64,000 nucleotides of DNA, taken from NCBI GenBank assembly GCA_000092065.1, contig CP000596.1, one strand, 5' to 3'. Below, one piece after another: positions 51,700 to 61,522 of the stretch (its first letter is position 1; every line of letters begins with the position of its first letter). The notes under the pieces are model-generated. The model was not told where the DNA came from. It saw only the letters and a list, made by a program, of their open reading frames with translations, and did not search any database. The translations under genes were made by a program, and so were the position numbers. The stretch is from Ostreococcus lucimarinus (taxonomy: Eukaryota).

Positions 51700-53742
51700 A
51701 TGACGGCGGCTCGGACGTCGTCGACGTCGGCGCGCGCGACGACGCGCGGGACGGCGACGGCGAGGCGCGGAAGAGCGCGACGCGGCGCGGAAGAGCGACG
51801 CGCGATCGCGCGGCGCGCGATGACGCGCGAGACGACGACGGGCGGGAGCGTGCGGGAGCGCGCGTCGGCGGCGAGCGCGAGGGTTCGGGACGCGGGCGCG
51901 AGCGTCGCGGACCGCGTGAAATGGTTGATCGCGCTCGCGCGAACGCGGGGCGGCGACGACGCGTGGCTGGACGAGGATGGGAGAAATGCGACGACGCGCG
52001 TGATGGGGTGCGCGTCGGCGAGCTGGATCGAGGCGGTGGTGGATGAGGCGAGCGGACGGGTGCGAGCGCGATGCGCGAGCGAGAGCGACGCGACTCGAGG
52101 ATACGGAACGTTGTTGTGCGAGGCGTTGAGCGGTGGGACGGTGGATGAGTGCTTGGAGCTGGGAGATGATTTCGTGGACGCGATGGAGATCGGGATCGGG
52201 TCCAAGGTGGAGAAGTCGCGAACGAATGGGTTTAAGAATATGTTAGAGACGGCGAAGAAGCAGTTGCGAACGCTTCGAGCCGACGCCGGAGGGGATCCGT
52301 TTCCGAGCTTGATCGTCACCGCGGACGAAGTGCGATCGCGTGGATCGTTTGCGGCGTCGCAGGCGTCGTATTTGGAGCCCGATGCGGGCAAAGTGAAGGC
52401 TTTGGTCGAGGCGTTGTCGACGAAGAAGATCGGCATCGTGGCGCACTTTTACATGGATCCCGAGGTGCAAGGCATTTTGATGGCCGCAAAGGCGTCGTAT
52501 CCGCACATCGCCATCAGCGATTCGCTCGTCATGGCGGATTTAGCGGTGAAGATGGTCGAGGACGGGTGCGAGACGATCGGGGTGTTGGGGGTGGATTTCA
52601 TGTCTGAGAACGTTCGCGCCATCATCGACGAAGCCGGGCACGCGGACGCCAAGGTGTATCGCATGGCGGCGGAAGACATCGGATGCTCGCTCGCGGAAGC
52701 CGCACAGAGCGAAAGTTACGATAGCTATCTCGAAGATGCGAGTAAGACGAAGAACTCGGTGCACGTGATTTACATCAACACTGGTTTGGACACCAAGGCG
52801 GCGGCGAATGCGAAAATTCCCACCATCACGTGCACGTCTTCCAACGTCGTGGCGACGGTTTTGCAAGCCGCGGCGCAGATTCCCGACGTGCACGTATTTT
52901 ACGGCCCCGATACGTACATGGGCGGGAACTTGGCCGAGCTCTTGCGTCGGATGACGACGTGGGACGACGAGGACATCAAGGCGATGCATCCGGCGCACGA
53001 CAGAGAAACCGTCAAGGCGCTCTTGCCTCGTTTGAAGTACTTCAACGACGGCACGTGCATGGTGCACGACATGTTCGGCGAAGACGTTTGCAACACCGTG
53101 CGCGCGTTTTACGGCGATGCGTACCAAACCGCGCACTTTGAAGTTCCCGGAGAAATGTTCAAGCTCGCCATGGAGGCGAAGGATCGCGGGTTGGGCGTCG
53201 TCGGCTCGACGCAAAACATCTTGGATTACACGTGCGCGCGCGTGGACGAAGCCATCGAGCGCGCGCTTCCCGAAGGCGAACGTTTGCGATTCGTGCTCGG
53301 CACCGAGACTGGGATGGTGACGTCCATCGTGCGCGCGGTGCAGGCGCGTCTTCGCGCGGCGCGCGACGCGGGCGTTCGCGGCGTCGAAGCCGAAATCGTC
53401 TTCCCAGTTTCCGCCGACGCCATCACCGCCACGGGCGACGCGGAGATCCCTGTCGTGCCCGGCGTCGTCGCGGGCGAAGGGTGCTCGCTCGACGGCGGGT
53501 GCGCGTCTTGTCCGTACATGAAGATGAACTCGTACGACGCGTTGATGAAGATGTGCGACAAAATCGGCTCCGCCGCCGGCGAAGCCGTGCTCGCCGCGCA
53601 GGAGCCGCGCAAATACGAAAGCGCGGACGGCGCGGGTCCATCCATCGCATCGCAAGGATGCGTTCCGATCTTACACATGCGGCATTTCCAAAAGAACAAG
53701 ACGTTTAGCGACGCGTTGGTCGAGGACATCACCACTCGTTAA
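51700..53742 (+). CDS. SUFE3: SufE domain fused to quinolinate synthase A (plant SUFE3/QS type)
   Basis: N-terminal SufE block with conserved Cys (RVMGCASASWIEAVVD); C-terminal NadA (IVAHFYMDPEVQG...TCTSSNV...VLGTETGMVTSIVRAV...GCASCPYMKMN). Confidence 0.85.
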   Translation: MTAARTSSTSARATTRGTATARRGRARRGAEERRAIARRAMTRETTTGGSVRERASAASARVRDAGASVADRVKWLIALARTRGGDDAWLDEDGRNATTRVMGCASASWIEAVVDEASGRVRARCASESDATRGYGTLLCEALSGGTVDECLELGDDFVDAMEIGIGSKVEKSRTNGFKNMLETAKKQLRTLRADAGGDPFPSLIVTADEVRSRGSFAASQASYLEPDAGKVKALVEALSTKKIGIVAHFYMDPEVQGILMAAKASYPHIAISDSLVMADLAVKMVEDGCETIGVLGVDFMSENVRAIIDEAGHADAKVYRMAAEDIGCSLAEAAQSESYDSYLEDASKTKNSVHVIYINTGLDTKAAANAKIPTITCTSSNVVATVLQAAAQIPDVHVFYGPDTYMGGNLAELLRRMTTWDDEDIKAMHPAHDRETVKALLPRLKYFNDGTCMVHDMFGEDVCNTVRAFYGDAYQTAHFEVPGEMFKLAMEAKDRGLGVVGSTQNILDYTCARVDEAIERALPEGERLRFVLGTETGMVTSIVRAVQARLRAARDAGVRGVEAEIVFPVSADAITATGDAEIPVVPGVVAGEGCSLDGGCASCPYMKMNSYDALMKMCDKIGSAAGEAVLAAQEPRKYESADGAGPSIASQGCVPILHMRHFQKNKTFSDALVEDITTR

Positions 53743-53853
53743 TCCTTCGTCTCCGCGCGCGCGGCGAATGGAATCAAACGGAATCAAAACAGTTGTCGAG
53801 AGTTGCAATACTACAATAAAGTGATAGCACCACCCATCGCCGTCGCGCACTTC

Positions 53854-54577
53854 CTACTCCTGCGCCCCCTTGACGCCGCGCGTGATGGGATCCTTCGCCA
53901 CGCTCAAAAGCTCCAAGTCGAGCGTCACCGTCCCGTTCGCCGGGATCTCCATGACCTCGTTCGGCCCGTACGCGTACTCCGGCGGCACGATCATCCGTCG
54001 CACCGTCCCGACGCCCATGCCCTTGATCCCCTCGTTAAACGCCTGTATGAACGGTCCTCCCGGCTCTCCCGCGGGTTGCCCGACGGTGAATCCGATCGGC
54101 GTCCCTCCCGTGACGCCCGCGCCCTGCCTCGACGTCCCCACCGTCACCGACCGAAACTTCAAGTCGTAGTGCACCGCCACGCGCGCCCCCTTCGGCACGC
54201 CCCCCGTCGCGCCGCTCGCGCCCTGTAAATCGTAGTACAGTATCGGCGGGTTCGTTCCCGGGATCTGCGTCGCGTCGCGCGTCGTCAGTCTCGCCGTCGT
54301 CGTCGCGTTCGTTCGCGGCGTTCGTCGTCGTCGTCGTCTCGCGCACCGGCTGAAAGTTCTCGATCGGCACCCCTCCCGTGACGCCTCCCGAGAGTTTCGC
54401 GCGCGCCGCGCCCGGCGTCGCGACGAGCGCCAGCGCGGCGCCGACGAGCGCGTCGCGGCGTCGCGCGACGTCGCTCGATGCCGACGCGGACGCGCGCGGC
54501 CGCGTCTTCATCGCGCGTTCGCGTCGTCCTCGCGTCGCGCCGACGCGCGCGGGCGCGACGGCGCGTCGACAGCGCAT
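53854..54577 (-). CDS. FKBP: thylakoid-lumen FKBP-type peptidyl-prolyl isomerase in two exons: 54347..54577 (or from ATG 54511) and 53854..54264
   Basis: Exon 2 encodes GVPKGARVAVHYDLKF...GFTVGQ...IQAFNEGIKGMGVGTVRRMIVPPEYAYG, a typical FKBP domain. The upstream frame encodes Met, an S/A/R transit peptide and a twin-Arg motif (SDVARRRDALVGAALALVATPGAARA). The two frames are joined by removing an 82-nt GT..AG intron. Confidence 0.7.
54265..54346 (-). other. spliceosomal intron, 82 nt, GT-AG, in the FKBP gene
   Basis: On the minus strand GTGCGC...gaCTGACgacgcgcgacgcgacgCAG; CTGAC branch-point consensus 21 nt upstream of the AG; length 82 = 3n+1 exactly restores the FKBP frame (...ENFQP | IPGTNPPILYYDLQG). 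Confidence 0.65.
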
Positions 54578-54751
54578 GGCGTTCGCGCGCGCGCGCGCGC
54601 GGGGTCGCGGATCGGCGCGGTGGGACGCCCTCGCGTCGAGGAATGGCGACGATCGACGCGTCGAGCGCGGCGTCGAGCGCGCGCGAGCGGAAGAAACGCG
54701 CGCGACGCGTCGAAGGCGCGGCGATGGACGCGATGCGCGCGCGTGACATCG

Positions 54752-57475
54752 CTAAGAGGTGGCTAATTCGGGCGCGTCGCGGTCGTCGCGGTCGTCGTCG
54801 TCGCCGGGGCGAACGCGCTTGTTGGACGCGGGCTCGACGGCGAGATTTTCGGCGGAGGAAGAGCGGCGCGCGCTGTTGATCGTCCCGCGCTCGCGACGGA
54901 GCTTTCGACGCAATTCATCGTAACGCGCGTGATCCGACTTGCTCACCGAGGGTTGCACCTTCGTGAACGCCTCTTCGAAGTGCTTCGTCGTCACCGTCGG
55001 CGTCGATTCGAGCGTCATCGATTTCAACGCCGCCACGCACGCTTCGCGCACGAGCGCCGCCAAGTCGGCGCCGCTGAAGCCTTCGCACGATCGACCGAGC
55101 GCGATTTGATCCACGCGTACGTCTGGTGCGATGGGCGTTCGGCGCGTGAGCGTCTTCAAGATGGCGACTCGGCCGTCCGGCGGCGGCAACGGAACGTACA
55201 AGAGCTTGTCCAAGCGCCCGGGACGCAGCATCGCTGGATCGATCATGTCGGGTCGGTTCGTCGCCGCGATCAAGAACGTCGCGTTTCGCGCTTCGAGACC
55301 GTCCATCTCGGTGAGAAGTTGGTTCACGACGCGCTCGGCTGAGGTGTTGTCGCCGCCGCTTCCGCGACGCGGCGCCAGAGAATCCATCTCGTCAAAGAAT
55401 AACACGCACGGGCTCGCACTTCGTGCGCGCTGGAACAGCGTCCGCACCGCGCGCTCGCTCTCACCGACGTACTTATTTAATAACTCTGGACCTTTGATGG
55501 ATATGAAATTCGCCATCGCCTCGTTCGCCGTCGCCTTGGCGACGAGCGTTTTGCCGCACCCCGGTGGGCCGTAGAGCAAGACGCCCGTAGAGATGTTCAA
55601 ACCCATCGCTTGGAATCGCTCGGGATGAGCGATGGGCTCAGCAATGGAGAACTTCAACTCTTCGCGAATTTCTGTGAGCGAGCCAACGTCGTCCCAAGTC
55701 ACGTTCGGCGTCGTGGTGAAACCTTCGCGTTGCGCCGACGGTTGCACGCGCGTGAGCGCGAGGGAGAAATCTTCCATGGTGATTGCTAGATCCTCGAGTT
55801 CGTCCTCGGTGAGCGGACGCGGATCCGCTAAGCGACCAGTCGCGAGACGAGTGTCCCCCCCCAGTGCGGGCGCGACACCCTCGTCCATCGTCACATCCGC
55901 GCTCGCCCTTTCCTCGTCCTCGAGCTTTTTAAAGATGCGCGTGACCGCCGACGCGGCGGCTTCCTTGGCCAACGCCGATAAATCCGCGCCGACATAGCCG
56001 GGCGTTTTCTTTGCGATTTCGCGCAAGTCTAAATCTCCATTCAAGCGAAGCTTGGTCGCCTGCACTCGCAAAATGCGCTCTCGCGCGGCTTCGTCTGGAA
56101 TGCCGAGCATGATTTCGCGATCAAAGCGTCCGGCGCGACGAAGCGCGGCGTCCATACCGTCCGGTCTATTCGTGGCGCCGATGACGGTGACGTGGCGACG
56201 ACACCGCGCTAGTCGATCCACCTCGTCCGTGCCATCGATTGTTGATTGAAGATCGTCCATGGACGCTAACAGCTGGGCGACAATTCGACGTTCCATCTCT
56301 CGCTGCGCGCTCTCGCGCTTCGGGACGATTGCGTCGATCTCGTCGATGAAAATCAGCGACGGCGCGTGCGCGGCGGCGGACTGGAACAACTCACGTATCT
56401 TCGCTTCAGACTCGCCACTCATTCCACTCACAATCTCCGTGGCCGCTATGGAGAAGAAGGGCACTTTCGCCTCTTGCGCGATGGCGTGCGCCAACGTCGT
56501 CTTGCCGCAACCCGGCGGGCCGTGAAGCAACACCCCGCGCGGCGGATCGACCCCGAGCCATGCGTACAACTCGGGATGCATCAAAGGGCACAGTATGAGC
56601 TCCTTGATGTCCTTCAGCGAGTCCTCGATCCCGCCTAAATCCGACAACTTCACCGAGCGAGGCGACGTCATTTGCGCAAACGCCTTCGCGCTCGTCGTTC
56701 GTCCAAACTCATCCTCATCCAAACTCTCACTGTCGCTGTCTCGGTCACCCTTCCGCTTGCGACGATGCCCCTTACCTTTTTTCCCTCGCTTCTTATCCTT
56801 GCTTTTCTCCAGGCGTTCGATTTTCATTCCGCGCTCGTTCAGCTTCACCTCGTGACCGCGCGACTTCGCCTCCGCCACCGCCCGCACCGCGCGTTCGTGC
56901 GCTGACTCTTCCTCCTTCACCGCCTTAGACCCGGACGCGCTCGCTTTCGCCTCCGCTTCCAACTTCAACGCCCGCTGCGCGGCCGCCGCGACGACCTCCG
57001 GCGCCGCGAACGCCGCCGTCGTCGCCGCCTCGTCGCCGCCGTCCATCCCGTTCTCATCCCTCTCGATCGCCCCATTCTCGTCGCTCGTCCCGTCCGAGCT
57101 CGTCGCTTCACTCGTGCTCGTCTCGGAATCATCGCTATCTTCGTGATCGCTCGAGCCTTCGCCGTCCATTCGACTAAATTTCTCGTCGTCGCCGTTCCCG
57201 TCGTCGCCGTTCCCGTCGTCGCACCGCCCGCGCGCGCGCGCCTCCGCCATCGCGCGCTCCACCGCCTTACGAAACGGATTGACGGGTTTGCGCGCGTACT
57301 GCCTGTACTGCGAGCGCAGGTACTGCGCGCACGCGTCGACGTCGCGCAATGCGTTGAGGCCGCCGCCGGCGCTCGACCGCGCGAACGCCTCGACGCGCGG
57401 CAGCAACAGCGGGTCGCTCGTGACGTACGACGACGACACCCCACCGCGGAGCTTCGCGGGGCGCGCGTTGGGCAT
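54752..57475 (-). CDS. RIX7: nuclear VCP-like AAA ATPase (NVL/RIX7), ribosome biogenesis
   Basis: Two AAA modules (GVLLHGPPGCGKTTLAHAIA...IFIDEIDAI and GVLLYGPPGCGKTLVAKATA...LFFDEMDSLA) with second-region homology; Lys/Glu-rich nucleolar-type N-terminus; ATG at 57475. Confidence 0.8.
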   Translation of the reverse strand: MPNARPAKLRGGVSSSYVTSDPLLLPRVEAFARSSAGGGLNALRDVDACAQYLRSQYRQYARKPVNPFRKAVERAMAEARARGRCDDGNGDDGNGDDEKFSRMDGEGSSDHEDSDDSETSTSEATSSDGTSDENGAIERDENGMDGGDEAATTAAFAAPEVVAAAAQRALKLEAEAKASASGSKAVKEEESAHERAVRAVAEAKSRGHEVKLNERGMKIERLEKSKDKKRGKKGKGHRRKRKGDRDSDSESLDEDEFGRTTSAKAFAQMTSPRSVKLSDLGGIEDSLKDIKELILCPLMHPELYAWLGVDPPRGVLLHGPPGCGKTTLAHAIAQEAKVPFFSIAATEIVSGMSGESEAKIRELFQSAAAHAPSLIFIDEIDAIVPKRESAQREMERRIVAQLLASMDDLQSTIDGTDEVDRLARCRRHVTVIGATNRPDGMDAALRRAGRFDREIMLGIPDEAARERILRVQATKLRLNGDLDLREIAKKTPGYVGADLSALAKEAAASAVTRIFKKLEDEERASADVTMDEGVAPALGGDTRLATGRLADPRPLTEDELEDLAITMEDFSLALTRVQPSAQREGFTTTPNVTWDDVGSLTEIREELKFSIAEPIAHPERFQAMGLNISTGVLLYGPPGCGKTLVAKATANEAMANFISIKGPELLNKYVGESERAVRTLFQRARSASPCVLFFDEMDSLAPRRGSGGDNTSAERVVNQLLTEMDGLEARNATFLIAATNRPDMIDPAMLRPGRLDKLLYVPLPPPDGRVAILKTLTRRTPIAPDVRVDQIALGRSCEGFSGADLAALVREACVAALKSMTLESTPTVTTKHFEEAFTKVQPSVSKSDHARYDELRRKLRRERGTINSARRSSSAENLAVEPASNKRVRPGDDDDRDDRDAPELATS

Positions 57476-57599
57476 GGCGCGCGCGGACGAGGCGGCGAGG
57501 CGGGCAATGGGGCGCGAGGGTGATGATTCGGCAAAAATCTCGAGGCGGCGACGCGAGGCGAGCTAGAATGTGTCGATGTCAGAATTTCAAGAAAGAATA

Positions 57600-59873
57600 T
57601 CACGCTTCGCTGACGTTGCCGAGCAAGCTCATGCCGGACCTGTCTTCGATTTCCTCGAACCCGATTCCTCGCGGCGGGTTGGGGGGGATCTCGCCGAGCA
57701 AGTCGCGGCGGTCGAGGATGATTTCCAAATCTTTGTCGGAGATGTTGGCGGACTGCGGTGAATCCTCGTCGTTGGCGCCGGTTTCGCCCTTGAGGAGAGC
57801 CATGAGTTCGTCAGCGCCGAAAGCGCGACCGTCGTCGTTTTTCTCTTGTTTGAACCCGCCGTTGGTGACGACGAGCTTCTCGAGAGCGAGCTTGGAGGCG
57901 GCTTTTTTGAGCATTTTTCCTTCGACGGATTTCGCCGTGGCCAAGCGGTAGACGTGCACGGGCTTGGTTTGACCGATTCTGTGCACGCGATCCATCGCTT
58001 GCAAATCTTGATGCGGGTTCCAATCGCTGTCGTAAATGATAACGGTGTCACCGCCCGTGAGGTTGATGCCTAATCCTCCCGCGCGGGTCGAGAGCAAAAA
58101 GATGCCGTACTTCGGGTCTTCGTTGAATCGAGCGATGAACTCGCGACGGTCGTCTTGTTTCACCGAGCCGTCGATTCTGCACACCGGTTCGCCGCGCTGT
58201 TGGAAAAATGATTCGAGCAAGTCGAGCATGCGCGTCATCTGAGAAAAGATCAACACCTTGTGTCCGCGCGCGCGCAGGCGCGTCATCAACCTATCGAGGA
58301 GCTGCATCTTCCCGCACTGTTCCACGAGTTCGTCCGCGGAGGGGAACATGATGGATCCGTCCAGACCGCCGGTGATCAAATCCGGGTGGTTGCAGTTTTT
58401 CCGCAGTTGCATGAGCATGTTGTTCACAGCGGTGTGACCGACGGGAATGTGGCTGTTGCCCGCGAATTTCGTCAGCATCTCGGTGATGGTTTTGTTCACC
58501 AACGCGTCGTTGAACTCTTTTTGCTTTGGAACCATTTGCGCGTACAAAAGAATCTCCTTCTTGCGCGGAAGCGAAAGCTCGACGTCGCCCTTTAATCGGC
58601 GCAACAAAAATGGTCGCAAAATACCGTGCAACTTGCTCACGACGCGCGCGCGATGCTCTTGTTCATTCTTATCGACCACCTCCTGCTCTTGCGATTCGTC
58701 GTTCCCGATGTTGTCGGCAAAGTCAAACCAAGATTGGAACTGCGACAGCGAACTGAAGACGTCTGGGAGCAAAAAGTGCAAAAGCGACCAAAGCTCGGGC
58801 AAGTTGTTCTGGAGCGGCGTGCCGGTGAGCAACAACTTGTTCGCGGTGGGAATGTACTTGAGCTCGCGAATGAGCTTGCAGTCAAAGTTTTTCAATCTGT
58901 GACCTTCGTCCACGACCAAGTACTTGAAGTTGTACTTGGCCAAAAACTTGCGATCGGCCATGACGACTTCGTACGAGGTGACGATGACGGGGAAATCGGG
59001 TTTGATCGGCGTCGACGTCGGCAAGAATTCGATTCGCTTCTCCGCGCGTTCTTGCCTCGTGCCGTGGTACAAAAGCACGGGAATCGACGGCGTCCAACGT
59101 TGAAACTCGCTCACCCAATTGCTCAGCGTCGATAACGGACCGATGACGAGATACGGTCCCAACACGCCCTTCGATCGCAAGTGCGATAAAAAACCAATCG
59201 TCTGCACCGTCTTCCCGAGACCCATCTGGTCCGCCAAGATTCCGTTCAAGCCGTTTTGATATAAAGAAATCATCCAATTCACCCCCTTGAGCTGATAATC
59301 CCGCATCGAACCGCCCTCCATGAGCGGCAGCATCTTTCTCGTCGCCTCCAACTCCTCGCTCTCGCTCATCTTTTTCCGCTTCTTCGTCGCCTTCGCCTTG
59401 TCCCCATCCTTCCCGTGCTCGTCCTCCAGCGTGTCCATCTGCTCGCTCAAAAACTGCGAATAAATCGTCGTCTGATCCAGCAGCGCGTCCAACTGTTTAA
59501 ACTTTTTATCGTCCAACTTCGTCGTCCCGCTCGCCGCCGCGCTCGCGTCCTCGCTCGCGCCCTTCCCGCCGCCCTTCCCGCTCGGCGACGCCACGCGCGC
59601 CTTCTGCAGCTCCGCCTCCGCCTCGATCGCGTGCGCCTCGATCCCCGTCAGCGCCGACGCCGTCAGATCATCGTACGATTCCTCCGCGTCCGCGTTCACT
59701 CGCACCAGCCCCCCCCCGGCGCCGTCGTCGTCGTCGCCGTCCCGTTCCGTCGTCGTCATCATCTTTTCCCGCGCATCTCCCCCCGCGTCGTCGTCCTCGC
59801 GCGCGCTCTTCGCCGCGCCTTCGCCCGCGATCGGCGACGACGCCTTGCGTCGCTTCGCCCCGTTCGGCGCCAT
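57600..59873 (-). CDS. DDM1: SNF2-family chromatin remodeller, DDM1/LSH (HELLS)-like
   Basis: GILADQMGLGKTVQTIGFLSHL...LVVDEGHRLKN...LLLTGTPLQNNL...Helicase_C (LIFSQMTRMLDLLE...STRAGGLGINL); no chromo, bromo or SANT domains and a short N-terminal region as in DDM1/Lsh; track start 60017 is GTG, ATG at 59873. Confidence 0.75.
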   Translation of the reverse strand: MAPNGAKRRKASSPIAGEGAAKSAREDDDAGGDAREKMMTTTERDGDDDDGAGGGLVRVNADAEESYDDLTASALTGIEAHAIEAEAELQKARVASPSGKGGGKGASEDASAAASGTTKLDDKKFKQLDALLDQTTIYSQFLSEQMDTLEDEHGKDGDKAKATKKRKKMSESEELEATRKMLPLMEGGSMRDYQLKGVNWMISLYQNGLNGILADQMGLGKTVQTIGFLSHLRSKGVLGPYLVIGPLSTLSNWVSEFQRWTPSIPVLLYHGTRQERAEKRIEFLPTSTPIKPDFPVIVTSYEVVMADRKFLAKYNFKYLVVDEGHRLKNFDCKLIRELKYIPTANKLLLTGTPLQNNLPELWSLLHFLLPDVFSSLSQFQSWFDFADNIGNDESQEQEVVDKNEQEHRARVVSKLHGILRPFLLRRLKGDVELSLPRKKEILLYAQMVPKQKEFNDALVNKTITEMLTKFAGNSHIPVGHTAVNNMLMQLRKNCNHPDLITGGLDGSIMFPSADELVEQCGKMQLLDRLMTRLRARGHKVLIFSQMTRMLDLLESFFQQRGEPVCRIDGSVKQDDRREFIARFNEDPKYGIFLLSTRAGGLGINLTGGDTVIIYDSDWNPHQDLQAMDRVHRIGQTKPVHVYRLATAKSVEGKMLKKAASKLALEKLVVTNGGFKQEKNDDGRAFGADELMALLKGETGANDEDSPQSANISDKDLEIILDRRDLLGEIPPNPPRGIGFEEIEDRSGMSLLGNVSEA

Positions 59874-60203
59874 CGTCGCGCCGTCGCGTCGCGTCGCGTC
59901 GCGTCGCGGCGTCGCGCGCGCGTTTGACGTCGACAGCCGACGTCGATCGTTCGAAACGCGCGCGCGCCCGTAATGTTCGCGCCTTTGGATCGTCGCGGCG
60001 GTCGCGGTCGCGGGCACGAAAACGCGTATTGTATGCGTTTTTCGTGCATTGTTGTCGATGTTTGTACTTTTTTTATCCGACTGTCCGACTGTCCGAACGA
60101 TGATTCAAAATCCACCGGCCCCGCGCGTCAGAGGTCGTCGGATCGATCGAACGCGCGCGCGCGCGCGTCGAGCGAACGAGCGCGCGCGTCGCGGACGCGG
60201 ACG

Positions 60204-60743
60204 ATGTCGACGATGTCGATGATGCCGATCGCGTCGACGTCGGCGCGAACGACGCGAACGCGCGCGCGCGCGCCGAGAACGACGCAGACGCGGGCGCCGC
60301 GGATGAAGATGGGGCGGGCGACGCGAGCGACGACGCGGACGCGGGCGATCGCGAACGAGGCGCAGACGAGCGAGGAGTTGAACTTTTGGGGGAAGATGCG
60401 ACAGGCGTATCGAATCTTTTTCCCGCCGAGCGCGGAGGAGAACGCGCGGAACGAGGCGAAGAAGCGCCTGCGAATGATTCTCGTCGCCGATCGGTGCACG
60501 ATGAGCGAGAGCTCGATGGACGAGATGAAGGCGAAGATAATGACCGTGGTCGGGGAATTCGTGGACGTGGACGATTCGCAGGAGGTGGACGTGAGCATGA
60601 ACACGGATGAGGAGTTGGGGACGATGTACGCGGTGTCGATTCCGGTGAAGCGCGTCAAGGCGGAGTACGACGCGGAGAACGACGCGTACATGTTGGGGGC
60701 GCAGTTCGTGTACGACGACGAGAACGTGTGGGACGACGAATGA
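60204..60743 (+). CDS. MINE: plastid division topological specificity factor MinE
   Basis: KKRLRMILVADRCTMSESSMDEMKAKIMTVVGEFVDVDDSQEVDVSMNTDEELGTMYAVSIPVKRVKAEY parallels plant/cyanobacterial MinE (LKMILFSDRC...VxVPVRRVK); S/T/R-rich transit peptide; ATG at 60204. Confidence 0.8.
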   Translation: MSTMSMMPIASTSARTTRTRARAPRTTQTRAPRMKMGRATRATTRTRAIANEAQTSEELNFWGKMRQAYRIFFPPSAEENARNEAKKRLRMILVADRCTMSESSMDEMKAKIMTVVGEFVDVDDSQEVDVSMNTDEELGTMYAVSIPVKRVKAEYDAENDAYMLGAQFVYDDENVWDDE

Positions 60744-60868
60744 TTAATTTTACTCGCGCATCGAGCGACGGGCGACGGACGGCGCGCGCGCGACGCGCGT
60801 CGATCGAGGCGACCGCGACCATTGTAAGCAAATCAAACGACAGACGGACCGCGTCACTTCGCCTCGCG

Positions 60869-61441
60869 ATGTCCGACGCGCGCGCGGCGTCGGGGCTCGA
60901 CCCCAAAACGTGGGCCGGCGCCTTCGACTGCGCGCGGTGCGCGCGCAAGCGCCTGCCCGCGATCGAATTCAGCAAAAAGGCGCTGCTCAGGATGCGCGAG
61001 CGCGGCGACGATGCCGGGACGTGCAAGGCGTGCGTCGACGCCGAGGCCGCGATCGAGCGCGCGCGCGCGAGGGAGAGCGCGAGCGCCGTCGACGACGACG
61101 CGGACGCGACGTGCGCGGCGTGCGGGGCGACGAAACCGGCGAGCGCGTTCTCGAAGACGCAGCGGCGCGGCGCGGCGCCGCGGTGCGGCGAGTGCGTCGA
61201 CGCCGCGGCGAGGGACGACGCGGCGCGCGGCGCCGCGGCGCTGGCGAAATCGTTGGAATCGGCGAGGGTCGACGCCGCGAGGGTCGGGGCGACGCTGGGG
61301 GATCACGTGCGAGAGACGAATCTGGACGCGGAGGCGGTGACGGGGTTGCGGGCGAAGTTCGTCGGCGCGCGGGGACGCGGACGCGGGCGAGGACGGTCGG
61401 CGAATCCGAACTCCATGCTCGGCCGAGGGGGGCGGAAGTGA
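60869..61441 (+). CDS. small zinc-ribbon-like protein with two CxxC...FSK...CxxCVDA repeats and an RG-rich C-terminus
   Basis: DCARCARKRLPAIEFSKKALL...GTCKACVDAE and TCAACGATKPASAFSKTQRR...PRCGECVDAA; C-terminal GRGRGRGR; ATG at 60869 (track start 60728 is GTG). Confidence 0.4.
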   Translation: MSDARAASGLDPKTWAGAFDCARCARKRLPAIEFSKKALLRMRERGDDAGTCKACVDAEAAIERARARESASAVDDDADATCAACGATKPASAFSKTQRRGAAPRCGECVDAAARDDAARGAAALAKSLESARVDAARVGATLGDHVRETNLDAEAVTGLRAKFVGARGRGRGRGRSANPNSMLGRGGRK

Positions 61442-61522
61442 GCGCGACGCGATGATAGTGACTAGCTAGCTCTATTCTAGAAGATTGCAACGTTGTTCGT
61501 TTTGCTAATGATTGCGCGCGGG

